This document shows, piece by piece, positions 28,606 to 38,546 of a stretch of 64,000 nt of DNA. The stretch is from positions 320,001 through 384,000 of the forward strand of contig CAVRZA010000011.1 in NCBI GenBank assembly GCA_963725665.1, written 5' to 3'. A program made the translations under genes and the position numbers. How positions within the stretch are numbered: position 1 is the stretch's first letter; each line of letters starts with the position of its first letter. Under the pieces are notes generated by a model, which saw nothing but the letters and a program-made list of their open reading frames with translations, ran no database searches and was not told the DNA's origin. This stretch comes from an uncultured Actinomycetes bacterium (GTDB lineage Bacteria > Actinomycetota > Thermoleophilia > UBA2241).

Positions 28606-29426
28606 GACAGGTCCTCCAGTCCCACGAAGGTGACGCGGGTCCGGACGCGGAACCGAGCCACGATTCTAACAGCCTGCACGCCGAAAAGGCCAGCAAAGAC
28701 GGCAGTAGCCGCCACGTGTGCGAGGTCAAACGGCAGGCCCCGCGCGTAGAGCGCGACGAGGGCCGGCCACGAGTGCGCCGTGAAGGCGACGTACATCCAG
28801 AGGGTGACGAACCAGTCGAACGCCAGCGCCAGAGCGGCGCCGGCGGCGACGAGCTCCCAGCGGTGCGGCACGCGCCCGCCGCGGCCGAGCAGACCGCCGG
28901 CGACGCCGACGCCTCCCCAGGCGAGCATCTGCCAGGGCGTCCAGGGGCCCTGGCCGAAGAAGACGTTCGACACCAGCGCCGATGTCGCACCGACCATGAA
29001 GCCGGGGGCCGGTCCGAGGGCGACGCCCGAGACCAGCACGATGAAGGTAACCGGCTTGACGTTGGGCAGAGCCGCGAAGAGTACACGGCTGGCCGTGGCG
29101 AGCGCCGCCAGCGAGGCGACCAGCGAGAGTTCCTGGGCGGAGGCGTCGCGGGCGCCGTAGAGGGCCAGCGCGGTGGCCGCGAGAGCGGCCACCGCGAAGA
29201 ACGATACGGCGCCCCAGTCGACGGAGCCGGGGCTCACAACGGCGTAGACGGCCAGCCCCACGGCGAGCGCGACGAGGCCGGCCAGGACGAGACGGCTGGG
29301 CCGCACGGGCAGCGTGGCGAAGAGGCGCGCGAGCGACGCGCGCAGGCCCGTCGGCGCGACCCCGCCTCGCGGCGCGCCGGCGCCCGGACCAGACGCGGCC
29401 GGCTGCGTCCTGGCGAGCACGTTCAC
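28602..29426 (-). CDS. ECF transporter S component, CbrT-like (cobalamin)
   Basis: SRVLFAALPNVKPVT...GFMVG...SNVFFGQGPWTPWQMLAWG...GLPFDLAH; under a B12 riboswitch. Confidence 0.88.
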   Translation of the reverse strand: MNVLARTQPAASGPGAGAPRGGVAPTGLRASLARLFATLPVRPSRLVLAGLVALAVGLAVYAVVSPGSVDWGAVSFFAVAALAATALALYGARDASAQELSLVASLAALATASRVLFAALPNVKPVTFIVLVSGVALGPAPGFMVGATSALVSNVFFGQGPWTPWQMLAWGGVGVAGGLLGRGGRVPHRWELVAAGAALALAFDWFVTLWMYVAFTAHSWPALVALYARGLPFDLAHVAATAVFAGLFGVQAVRIVARFRVRTRVTFVGLEDLS

Positions 29427-31111
29427 GACATCCTCCAGCGGAGCTGGTCCTCGTGCAGCGCGCCCGGAAGCGAGTGGCGCAGGAGGCGGTTGAGCTGGGT
29501 CGAGAAGAACAGCGACCCGTCGAGCACCTCGGCGGTGGGGCCGTCGGCGAGGACGCGGCCGTCGCCGAGGATCACCACGCGGGTGGCGAAGCGGGCCGCG
29601 AACTCGACGTCGTGCGTGACGACGAGCACGCCATGCCCCTCCTGGGCCAGGCGGCGCAGCCTCCTGCCCAAGTCGGTCTTGTGGCCCGGGTCCATGCCGC
29701 GCGTTGGTTCGTCGAGGACGAGCAGCGCGGGGTCGCCGACGGCCACCGCGGCAAGCGCGACCCGGGTGCGCTCGCCTCCGGAGAGGTCGCGCGGGTTGCG
29801 CGCCAGCAGACCGTCGAGGTCGAAGGCGACGATGGCGCGGGCGAGGAGTGCCTCGCGCTCCTCGCCCGCGCCGACGCCCAAGGCGTCGAGGCTGTAGTCG
29901 AGCTCTTCCGCGACCGTGTCCTTCACGAAGTAGTCGTTCGGGTTCTGTCCCAACAGCGCGCAGGAACGCGCCGCCTCGGCGACGGTCAGGTCGCGCACGT
30001 CGCGTCCCAGGAGCAGCACCCGGCCCTTGCTTGGACGTGAGAGACCGTTGAAGTGTTTCACCAGGGTCGTCTTGCCGGCGCCGTTCTCGCCCATAAGCGC
30101 GATCACCTCGCCGCGGCCGACCTCGAGGTCGATGCCCTCGAGCACGGGCTCATCGCGGTCGTAGCCCGCGACGAGGCCTCTGACGCCCAGGAGCGCGTCG
30201 TGTGGGGAGCCGGGCGATGCGACCAGGCCAGCTTCGTCTGGCTCGACGAAGCTCAGCGGCACCTGTTCGCCGGCCGTCGTCTCCTCGAGTATCCGGCGTG
30301 CGTCTTTGACGGTCATGGGAAGGCGCCCTCCCAGGGGTCCCCGGCCGTTCATCGTCTGGGCGAAGAGACGCGTGACGGGCGGCAGCAGTTCGCGTCGGCG
30401 CCCGGCGGCCCAGAGGGCGAAAGCGTCGGGGTGGTCGTCGCGCACGAGCGCGCCGTCCTCGAGGTAGACCACGCGCGTGGCGAGGTGCAGGCAGCGCTCG
30501 ACTCGGTGCTCGGCGAGGACGATCGTGGCGCCGGTGTCCTCGGAGAGGCGGCGGACGGCGGCGAGCAGCTCCTCTGAGCTCACGGGATCGAGCTGCGATG
30601 TGGGCTCGTCGAGCAACAGGAGGTGCGGCTGGGTCGCGATCACGGCGGCGAGAGCGACCTTCTGCAGCTCGCCTCCCGAGAGGGTGGCGAGCTCGGCGTG
30701 ACGCAGGTGCGAGAGGCCGAGCGAGATCAGGGCCTCTTCGACCAGGCGGGTGACCGCGTGCGGCTCCACGCCGAGGTTCTCGAGGCCGAAGGCGATCTCG
30801 CGCTCGACGGTGGTCATCACGGCCTGGCTCTCGGGATCCTGGAACACCAGGCCGACCTCGCCGGCCAGGTCGCGCGGCTGAGCGTCGCGTGTGTCATGGC
30901 CGCCGACGACGACGCGACCGGCGAACGTGCCGCCGTGGAAGTGGGGCACGAGGCCTGCCAGGGCACGCAGCAGGGTCGACTTGCCGCTGCCCGATCCGCC
31001 GAGCAGCAGCACGACCTCGGCGGGCTCGAGGGTGAGCGAGACATCGCGCAAAGACGGGTGCTCCCGCCCGGGGTAGGTGTACGTGACGCGCTGTAGCTCG
31101 GCCACCCTCAT
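29423..31111 (-). CDS. ECF transporter duplicated ATPase
   Basis: GGSGSGKST, VFQDPESQ, LSGGELQ, LDEPTSQLD; second domain GENGAGKTT, LSGGERTR, LDEPTRGMD. ATG 31111 overlaps the upstream TGA. Confidence 0.93.
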   Translation of the reverse strand: MRVAELQRVTYTYPGREHPSLRDVSLTLEPAEVVLLLGGSGSGKSTLLRALAGLVPHFHGGTFAGRVVVGGHDTRDAQPRDLAGEVGLVFQDPESQAVMTTVEREIAFGLENLGVEPHAVTRLVEEALISLGLSHLRHAELATLSGGELQKVALAAVIATQPHLLLLDEPTSQLDPVSSEELLAAVRRLSEDTGATIVLAEHRVERCLHLATRVVYLEDGALVRDDHPDAFALWAAGRRRELLPPVTRLFAQTMNGRGPLGGRLPMTVKDARRILEETTAGEQVPLSFVEPDEAGLVASPGSPHDALLGVRGLVAGYDRDEPVLEGIDLEVGRGEVIALMGENGAGKTTLVKHFNGLSRPSKGRVLLLGRDVRDLTVAEAARSCALLGQNPNDYFVKDTVAEELDYSLDALGVGAGEEREALLARAIVAFDLDGLLARNPRDLSGGERTRVALAAVAVGDPALLVLDEPTRGMDPGHKTDLGRRLRRLAQEGHGVLVVTHDVEFAARFATRVVILGDGRVLADGPTAEVLDGSLFFSTQLNRLLRHSLPGALHEDQLRWRMS

Positions 31112-32112
31112 CGCCATGGTCCCCGTGCGCGATCCCAGATCGACGGCAGTGACAGCCAGACGACCGGAAGGACGAAGCAGGCGAGCGTGAACAGCCAGAC
31201 GGGGTCGAACAGCCCCGGCCAGGGGTCGTCGAGCAACGGGTAGTAGCCGTAGCGGAACAGGCCGGCCACCAGACCACCGACGAGAGCGCAGCCCGCCAGG
31301 AGCGCGAGCAGGCCGGTGAGGAGGTCGATCGACCGCCGTCGCCGATCGCGGCGCCAAAAGGTGCGGCCGGGGCGGCCGTAGCCGCGCGCCGCCATCGACT
31401 CGGCGATGTCCATAGCGCGCTCGAGACTCTGCGTGGAGAGGGCGGCGAGAAGCGGCAGGCGCGCCGCGATGCGCTCGCGCCTGCCGCCGGCGTCGAGCTC
31501 GATGCCGCGCGAGCGCTGGGCGTCGGCGATGCGCCGTCCGTCGCGGCTCAGCACTGGGAAGAGCCGCGTCGCCAGGGAGACGATGAGGCCCGACCGGAAC
31601 GAGAGGCGCGACAGGAGCTCGAGCTGGTCGTCGGTGTCGAGGACCACAGTGTAGAGGGCGAAGGCGAGCACCACGACCGCGAGGCGCAAGGCCGTGCCGA
31701 GGCCGAAGGCGATGCCCTGGATGGTCACCGTGGGATGCCAGAAACCGAGATCGAACTGCCAGAGCACGTCGAGACCGGCGGGGCTGAAGAGCGGGTTGAG
31801 GATCGCCAGGAAGAGCCCCGTCGTTAGAGCGATCATCAGATATGGAAGGGCGGCGCGCAGGCGGCCGGCCGTGGCGAGGATGACGAGCTCGAGGACGAAG
31901 AGCACGGCGAGCTGCAGCGGATTTCCGATAACCAGGCCGGCCGCCGCCAGCGCCGCCACGTAGGCGAAGCCGGCCACAGGGTGCAGGCGGGCGAGGCCGC
32001 GCCGCGGGCGCGGCCTCGCCCGCCTGCCGACCCGCGCGGATCGCTGCGCGCTCGGGCGAGCTGCAGGCCCGGCGACGCGGGGCGCAGCGACCGCGCTGTC
32101 GAAACCGGTCAC
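31108..32112 (-). CDS. ECF transporter T component (in frame with the upstream lipoprotein as sequenced)
   Basis: LHPV, RLFPVL, IADAQRSRG, SLERAMDIAESMAARGYG; has its own GGAGG + GTG at 32112. Confidence 0.88.
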   Translation of the reverse strand: MTGFDSAVAAPRVAGPAARPSAQRSARVGRRARPRPRRGLARLHPVAGFAYVAALAAAGLVIGNPLQLAVLFVLELVILATAGRLRAALPYLMIALTTGLFLAILNPLFSPAGLDVLWQFDLGFWHPTVTIQGIAFGLGTALRLAVVVLAFALYTVVLDTDDQLELLSRLSFRSGLIVSLATRLFPVLSRDGRRIADAQRSRGIELDAGGRRERIAARLPLLAALSTQSLERAMDIAESMAARGYGRPGRTFWRRDRRRRSIDLLTGLLALLAGCALVGGLVAGLFRYGYYPLLDDPWPGLFDPVWLFTLACFVLPVVWLSLPSIWDRARGPWR

Positions 32113-33102
32113 TTGGCCTCCACCATCGGGAGTGCCGCGAGCGGAAGTCGCTCCGCTGGGCAGGTAGAGGGCCACGTGGTGCGCGAGGCTCTCCGGAGTC
32201 AGGCCGTTCAGAAGCGCCGGCACATCCTGCGGACCGTTGACGAGGAGGACGAGCAGCTTTGCTTCAGGGCGCGCCGGGTTCGCCGTCGCGAACGCCACAC
32301 CCGCTGCCGGCGTCCCGGCGGCCCCGGACGCCGCGAGGGGCAGTATCCGTCCCCCAGCGACCTTGGCGAAGACACCGGACGACGGCCCGTAGTCGAGAAT
32401 GGTGCGCAACCACGGCAGACGCAGTGCGGCGTCGGGTGTGGCGGCGATGACGGCCCAAGTCCGAGGCGGAGACGCGCTCAACGACGATCCATTCGGCGTC
32501 TGTTGGCTTGCGGTGCGCAGGCCCGCCGACTGCAGCCAGGCGACGATGGGCGCGCCGAGACCGGCGGGGTCCGTCGAGGCGACCCGGAGCGGATGTCCGG
32601 CGAAGGGCGCCGGGAAGGCGTCGAGCGAGACGGGGATGAACATCGCCCCGGCCCAGAGGTGGTAGTCCCACCACACCGTCTCACCGCCGCGCAGCCGCCA
32701 GGCGTCGGCGCCCACGTCGGCCATGACGCCGTCGACCCAGTAGAACCAGTCGGCCGCGTTGGCCGAGGAGACCGAGCCAAAGGTCGAGCGCAGGCCATCG
32801 ATGCCGCTGACGAACTGCCCTCCGTAGCCCGTGTCGACGGTCGCGTGCTCGGCCAGCAGGCGCATGACGGTCATGTCCTTCTTCCACGGCGCGACGGTGT
32901 CGACGAGCACCGAGGCGCCGAAGTCGCGCGTGACTACAAGGCGCACCTCGGCGGCCGCGGGCCGGTGGCCCGCGGCCGCCGCAGACGCGGTCTCGGTCGA
33001 TCCGGAGCGCACGCCGGCGCAAGCCGATGCGGCCACGGCGAGCAGGGCCGGCAGCACGACGAGCGCAAAAGCGTTCCGACGTGTCTTCCATCGCGATCTC
33101 AC
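32109..33102 (-). CDS. DUF4430 (transcobalamin beta-domain-like) lipoprotein
   Basis: Lipobox LAVAASAC; VTRDFG; GYGGQFVSGIDG...DWFYWVDGVMADVGA...GETVWWDY. Confidence 0.8.
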
Positions 33103-33145
33103 CTGTCGGCCACCCGGGGCGCTGCTTTCCTCGTGTACCCGGACG

Positions 33146-34228
33146 TCAGCGAGCGGTGACCATCAACGGCACCGTGTCCGAGCGTCCCCAACCGTCGGTT
33201 GCGGTAAGGCGCAGGCGATAAGTGCCAGCAGGGACGAGACGCCCGCCGGAGGTGCGCCCGTTCCATGCGATGACCCGTCTTCCGGCGTTCTTCGCCGCGC
33301 TGACGGCAGCCAGAAGGACACCGGAACGTGAGCGGACTGTGAGCCGCACGTGCGCTGCCTTCGGGAGATCGAATGCGACGTGCACCGCGTCGACGCCAGG
33401 CACGAATGGGTTGGGCCGGGCAACGACGCGAGAGAGCTTGGGTGCCACGGAGACGTTGACGAGGACGCGCGTCGAGCGCACGTACGTGAACTGCGCGTCC
33501 GTGGCCTTCTCCGCCCAGACACCAGTGGTGCCGGCCGGAACGGCGTCGACCGTGATGGTGCCGTCCAGCGCGTCGCCGTCAGCGCCGTCGACGTACACCT
33601 GGTTGCCGATGTGGAGGGTGGCGCCCGTAATGGCCGGGAACGCGGCCGGCGCGACGACGGTACTCGGGGAGACCTTGAAGCGGTCGGCGTCTGCGTTGCT
33701 GTTCGGTGCGCTCAGCGCGTCGCCGACGACGGTGAACGTAGCCGCCTGGCCGGGCAACAGTGCCTTTGAGGGGGCGACGCGCACGACGAGCAGGTAGCTG
33801 TCCGGGGTGAAGACCGGGCTCTGGTAGAAGACGACCTTGTCGCCGGCCAGCAAGGTGAAAGTGAAGGCGCCGACGTCGATGTTGGGGAAGCCGGCGCCGT
33901 TGACGGCGTACATCCAGGAGTCGAGGCCGGCGATGGCCGACACGTAGTCGCCGCCGAAGCCGGTGACGAAGGTAAAGCCCTTGGGCTGAGCCACCTTGGC
34001 CAGGGCCCCCAGGGCGCTCGCATGGGTGACCGGGTAAGTGTTGGCGGGGGTCGCCGAGTCGGTGATGCTGCCCGTGGAGGGCACCGATACGGCCGTCCAA
34101 GGCGCGACCTGGTAGGCGCTGGCCTCGACGCGAATCGAGGCTTTGACCGCCGCCGAGGCGGCGGGGACGATCGTGAGCCCTGCGAGAAGGACCAGGATCG
34201 TCGCTAGAAGAACTGTGCGTGGTGCCAT
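33146..34228 (-). CDS. Secreted protein with DUF4430-like domain and C-terminal FlgD-Ig-like domain
   Basis: AAAGGAG + ATG 34228; signal peptide; YVSAIAGLDSWMYAVNG...VGA...LLAGDKVVFY; PNPF...WNGRTSGGRLVPAGTY. Confidence 0.8.
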   Translation of the reverse strand: MAPRTVLLATILVLLAGLTIVPAASAAVKASIRVEASAYQVAPWTAVSVPSTGSITDSATPANTYPVTHASALGALAKVAQPKGFTFVTGFGGDYVSAIAGLDSWMYAVNGAGFPNIDVGAFTFTLLAGDKVVFYQSPVFTPDSYLLVVRVAPSKALLPGQAATFTVVGDALSAPNSNADADRFKVSPSTVVAPAAFPAITGATLHIGNQVYVDGADGDALDGTITVDAVPAGTTGVWAEKATDAQFTYVRSTRVLVNVSVAPKLSRVVARPNPFVPGVDAVHVAFDLPKAAHVRLTVRSRSGVLLAAVSAAKNAGRRVIAWNGRTSGGRLVPAGTYRLRLTATDGWGRSDTVPLMVTAR

Positions 34229-34380
34229 GTGAGCTCCTTTCCGGGCGCGGGATGTCTCCCTCTCCTCCGTACGAAGCTCCCCTGGAACCGCAAAGACCCC
34301 GCCGCTCTCGCGACGGGGTCCTCCATCTCGTACCTGCCGTGCGCTCGAGAACCCATCCGCGTGGGGAGCAGCTTCGCATG

Positions 34381-34578
34381 GCGGCTTGGCAGGTTTTCTG
34401 GCTCCCGGTCGCACCTGAGACTCAACAGCCCCCGGCGTCGGCCGTCGCTACCTTCCCGGGCGCTACGGCCCAGTGGCTCCTCTACAGAGGACTAGCGACG
34501 GACGCGACCGGTCACAGCGGCGGGACCGCGCCGGATTCGCACCGGCTTCCCTTTTGTCCGAAGGGCACCGTAGCCGCG
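34381..34578 (-). ncRNA. Cobalamin (AdoCbl) riboswitch
   Basis: Minus strand AGGGAAGCCGGTGCGAATCCGGCGCGGTCCCGCCGCTGTGA...GCCACTGG...GGGAAGG...B12 box GAGCCAGAAAACCTGCC; candidate -10 TAGCAT at 34601-34606. Confidence 0.93.
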
Positions 34579-34994
34579 CGCCTGTTCGCATTACGCCGCG
34601 ATGCTACAGCAGCGGCGGGCCCCAGTCCAACACTGTGCCGTTGCCCTCTTGCCGCGCTCTAGACGCTTGTTCCAGAAAGCCTGTGCCTCCCACTGACGAT
34701 AGCTGGAGACGAAGGGTCCGGCAGGAGAGGGACGAGGACCACAACCGACACCGCGTCATGCGGTGTCGGTGGGCAAGCGTCGAGAGCCCGCCGACGGTGG
34801 CGCTGCAAAAGGACGGCGACGCCGACGAGGGCTGGGCGGGACGTGCGGAGGACGAAGGGGCTCCTCGAGGCGGAGGATCCTGGGGAGGACGAGGCGCTCA
34901 TCTCGCGCCTCCGCGCGGTAAGGCAGCCGCACCTGGGGTGCGGTGTGGGGGGCCGGGGCCGGCCACCGAACGGCGGCCGGCCCCGGTGATGCGA

Positions 34995-35034
34995 CCGGCG
35001 CGGCCCCGGCTCCAAGGAGCCGGGGCCGCGCCGG
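34995..35034. repeat. 19-bp perfect inverted repeat
   Basis: CCGGCGCGGCCCCGGCTCC-aa-GGAGCCGGGGCCGCGCCGG. Confidence 0.7.
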
Positions 35035-35204
35035 CTCCCGGTCCTGTCCTAGAGGATCTATGAGGATCGCGGCCTCCCGGCGGCGATGCGGGTTGAACTG
35101 CGTCGCAAGGGCCTCGCCGACACCCGACCGAAACAGTGCTTTGCAGGGGCGGACGCGCGTCCGGAGAAAGCGTTACTCGGACGGCGTTGTATCCTAGACG
35201 CGCC

Positions 35205-36308
35205 ATGCCCGGACTGATATCGCTCGTCATACCGGTCTACAACGAAGCCGGCAGCCTTGAGCCTCTCATGGAGGAGATCGCCGCGGCTCTGCCGCCGACG
35301 GGTCACCCGTTCGAGGTGGTCTTTGTCGACGACGGCTCGACCGACGGCTCGTTCGCCGTCATGGAGAAGCTCGCCGCGGCGAATCCCACCGTGCGCGCGC
35401 TCAAGCTGCGGCGCAACTTCGGCAAGGCCGCGGCTCTAGCGCACGGCTTCACCGATGCGAGGGGCGAGATCATCGTCACGCTCGACGGCGACCGCCAGGA
35501 CGACCCCGCCGAGATCCCCAAGCTGCTCGCCAAGCTCGACGAGGGCTACGACCTCGTCTCGGGGTGGAAGCAGCGCCGCCAGGACCCGCCGACCAAGACG
35601 ATCCCCTCGCGCTTCTTCAACTGGACGGTGCGCAAGACGACTGGGATCCCGCTGCACGACTTCAACTGCGGCCTCAAGGCGTGCCGCCGCGAGGTGGTGC
35701 AGAACATCAACGTCTACGGCGAGCTGCACCGCTACATCCCCGTGGTCGCCAGCGACCGCGGCTTCAGGGTGGGCGAAGTCAAGGTGGCCCACCGGCGACG
35801 CTCGGCGGGACGCTCCAAGTACGGCGCGCGACGGTACTTGCGCGGCTACCTCGACCTTTTGACTGTACTCTTCCTCGGTCGTTACCAGCACCGGCCGTTG
35901 CACCTGTTCGGCGGCCTCGGCACCCTGGTCTTAGTGATCGGCGTGCTCATTGACATCTACCTCACCGTCGACAAGCTGGCCTTCGGGCACGCCATCGGCC
36001 AGCGGCCGCTCTTCGTGCTCGGCAATCTGCTCATCGTGGTCGGCGTGCAGTTGCTCTCCCTCGGCCTGCTCAGTGAGCTCATCACGAGCGGGCGCGCGCG
36101 CTCCGGGCGCGAGCGCTACGAGGTCGCGCGCGAGGTCGACTTCCGCACCGTCTTCGAGGACACGACCGGCGTGCATAGCACGCCGGCGCAGCTCCCGTCG
36201 GGCAGCACGCTGGCGGAGGGCGGCGTGACGCCGCCGACGGCGAAGCCGGCGTCGGCGGCGTCACAGCCGGGCGACGCGCCGCGGGCGAGGCGCTCCGGCG
36301 GCGCCTGA
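35205..36308 (+). CDS. GT2 polyprenol-phosphate glycosyltransferase (ArnC/GtrB-like)
   Basis: SLVIPVYNE, VDDGSTDGS, RRNFGKAAAL, LDGDRQDDP, HDFNCGLK, GELHRYIP; two C-terminal TMs. Confidence 0.92.
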   Translation: MPGLISLVIPVYNEAGSLEPLMEEIAAALPPTGHPFEVVFVDDGSTDGSFAVMEKLAAANPTVRALKLRRNFGKAAALAHGFTDARGEIIVTLDGDRQDDPAEIPKLLAKLDEGYDLVSGWKQRRQDPPTKTIPSRFFNWTVRKTTGIPLHDFNCGLKACRREVVQNINVYGELHRYIPVVASDRGFRVGEVKVAHRRRSAGRSKYGARRYLRGYLDLLTVLFLGRYQHRPLHLFGGLGTLVLVIGVLIDIYLTVDKLAFGHAIGQRPLFVLGNLLIVVGVQLLSLGLLSELITSGRARSGRERYEVAREVDFRTVFEDTTGVHSTPAQLPSGSTLAEGGVTPPTAKPASAASQPGDAPRARRSGGA

Positions 36309-36401
36309 CGGTGGCGTTGCGCGCCGCCAGGCTTTTCGACGCCGGTCCCCGGCACACGGTCTGACGATGTCCGCCGTGACCTCTCGCGGCGCCACCTGAC
36401 G

Positions 36402-37574
36402 ATGCCCGTCAGCGTCGCCTACTTCGGCACCTACGACCCCGCCTACCCGCGCAACCGCGTGCTCATCGAGGGACTGCGCGCCGCCGGCGCCACGGTGACC
36501 GAGTACGACGCGCCGCTGTCGGCGGAACTGACGGCGGCGCGTCTCGCGAGCGTCGCGGGCGCGGGCGAGCTCGCCGTCGAGCTCGGCCGCGCCCACCTGC
36601 GTCTGGCGCGCATGCACCCCGACTGGGCGTCGGCCGACGTGGTGCTCGTCGGCTATCCCGGCCACCTTGTGGTGCCCTTCGCTTGGGCGGTGGCGCGTGT
36701 GCGCCGCGCCCGACTCGTCTTCGACCCGCTCGTCTCGTTGCACGACACGTTCGTCGGCGATCGACGGCTGGTCGGCGGCGCCGGCTTGGCGGCGGGCGCC
36801 GCGAGCGCCGTCGATCGCCTCGCCTTCGCTCTCCCGGACCTGGTGCTCGCCGACACGGCGGCGCACGCGCGTTTCTACGCCGGCGCCTTCGGGCGGGCGG
36901 AGCGTGGGCTCGCCGTGGCGCCGGTCGGGGCGCTGCCGGTGGCCGGGGCCACCGGCAGCGCCCGCGACCTCGGGCCCGACGAGCCCCTCGTCGTGTTCCA
37001 GTACGGCAAGTGGAGCCCCTTGCACGGCGCCGGCGTCGTGGTCGGAGCCGCCGAGCTGTTGCGCGACGAGCCGTTCCGCTTCGTGCTCGCCGGCGAGGGA
37101 CAGCTCTCCTCGGAGTTGCGTGCGCGCATCGGCGGTGCGGGGCTCGAGAACGTCGAGTGGACGGGCATGCTCCCCGCCGACGAGCTGCGCGCGCGCACGC
37201 TCGCCGCGGACGTCTGCATCGGCGTGCTCGGCGCCACGGAGAAGGCGGCGCGCGTCGTGCCCAACAAGGTCTACGACGCGTTGGCAGCCGGCCGCCCGAT
37301 CGTGACCGCCGACTCGCCGGCGGCGCGCGAGGCGCTCGTCGGCGGCGAGTCGGCGCTGCTCGTGCCGGCCGGCTCGGCGGAGGCGCTCGCCGCGGTGCTG
37401 AGGCGCCTGCGCGCCCGCGGTGAGCGCCTCTATCTGGGCCGCAACGCCTTGGCTCTCTACCGCGAGCGCTTCACGCCGGAGGCGATCGGCGGCGACCTCC
37501 TGACGCGCCTGGAGCAGCTCGTCGTCGGCTCGCCCGCCGCCGCGCGTCCCACGGCGGCGGAGGATCCCCGGTGA
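36402..37574 (+). CDS. GT4 family glycosyltransferase
   Basis: YPRNRVL, PLHG, ADVCIGVLG, VPNKVYDALAAGRPIVT. Confidence 0.88.
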   Translation: MPVSVAYFGTYDPAYPRNRVLIEGLRAAGATVTEYDAPLSAELTAARLASVAGAGELAVELGRAHLRLARMHPDWASADVVLVGYPGHLVVPFAWAVARVRRARLVFDPLVSLHDTFVGDRRLVGGAGLAAGAASAVDRLAFALPDLVLADTAAHARFYAGAFGRAERGLAVAPVGALPVAGATGSARDLGPDEPLVVFQYGKWSPLHGAGVVVGAAELLRDEPFRFVLAGEGQLSSELRARIGGAGLENVEWTGMLPADELRARTLAADVCIGVLGATEKAARVVPNKVYDALAAGRPIVTADSPAAREALVGGESALLVPAGSAEALAAVLRRLRARGERLYLGRNALALYRERFTPEAIGGDLLTRLEQLVVGSPAAARPTAAEDPR

Positions 37575-38524
37575 ACAGGCGATTCCTCCTCCGGCTCGCC
37601 CAGGCCGCCGTCTTCGCGGTGGTCGCGGCCTTCATCGTCGCGCGGCTGGCGAGCTCGTGGGACACCGTCACCACCTACTCGTGGCGCCTGAGCGCCGCGC
37701 CTCTGGCGGCCTCCGTCGCGTTGTTCCTCGTCTTCTACTGGCTCAACGGGCTCGCCTGGTGGCTGCTCGTGCGCGGCTTCCGCCTGCGCGCCGGCCTGCA
37801 CGACAGCGTCGCCGTGTGGGGACAGTCGATCCTGGCGCGCTACGTACCCGGCAACGTCTTCATGTTCGTCGGCCGTGCCCTGCTCGCCCAGCGTCGCGGT
37901 CTCGCTCTGGAGCCGATCGGCGCCGCCATGATCTACGAGCAGGCGCTCGCCTTCGCGGCCGCGCTTGTGACCGCGGCCGCGCTCTTCCCCTTCGCCCACG
38001 ATGAACCGGCGGCGGCACTCTGGGGACTCGTGGGCATCCCGGTGATCCTCGTGGCGTTGCACCCGCGCGTCTTCTCGCCGGTCGTCGGCCGTGTGCTGCG
38101 CATGCTGCGCCGCCCCGCGCTCGAGGTCGTGCTGCCCTATGGCACCGTGCTTGCGCTGCTCTGTCTCTACATCGTCGTCTGGCTCGTCGCCGGCGCCGCG
38201 GCGTACGCGTTCGCGGCGGGGGTGACGGACGCGGGGCGCGACGCTCTCGTGCCGGTGACGGCCGGGTACGCGCTGGGGTTCGTGGCCGGCATGGTGGCCT
38301 TCGTCTTTCCCAGCGGACTCGGGGTGCGCGAGGCGGTGCTGGCCGCGACCCTGGCGGGCTCGCTGCCGGCCGGGGTAGCCTTGGCGTGGGCGCTGCTCCT
38401 GCGTCTCTGGCAGACCGTCGTCGAGCTCGTCTTCGTGGCGCTGGCGACCGGTCTTGCGCGCTTCAAGGACGGGACGACGCCCGAGGAGCAGACGCTCGTC
38501 GAACCCGGGGGACGCGAGACGTGA
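37571..38524 (+). CDS. LPG-synthase TM / UPF0104 flippase-like membrane protein
   Basis: ARYVPG, PSGLGVRE, multiple TMs. Confidence 0.82.
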   Translation: MNRRFLLRLAQAAVFAVVAAFIVARLASSWDTVTTYSWRLSAAPLAASVALFLVFYWLNGLAWWLLVRGFRLRAGLHDSVAVWGQSILARYVPGNVFMFVGRALLAQRRGLALEPIGAAMIYEQALAFAAALVTAAALFPFAHDEPAAALWGLVGIPVILVALHPRVFSPVVGRVLRMLRRPALEVVLPYGTVLALLCLYIVVWLVAGAAAYAFAAGVTDAGRDALVPVTAGYALGFVAGMVAFVFPSGLGVREAVLAATLAGSLPAGVALAWALLLRLWQTVVELVFVALATGLARFKDGTTPEEQTLVEPGGRET

Positions 38525-38546
38525 CGCAACGGCGAGAGGACTCGGC

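Noticed and set aside
28606-29086. N-terminus of the 768-aa ORF 26780..29086
   Set aside because: It is an out-of-frame overlap with the S-component gene, explained by the frameshift near 28387.
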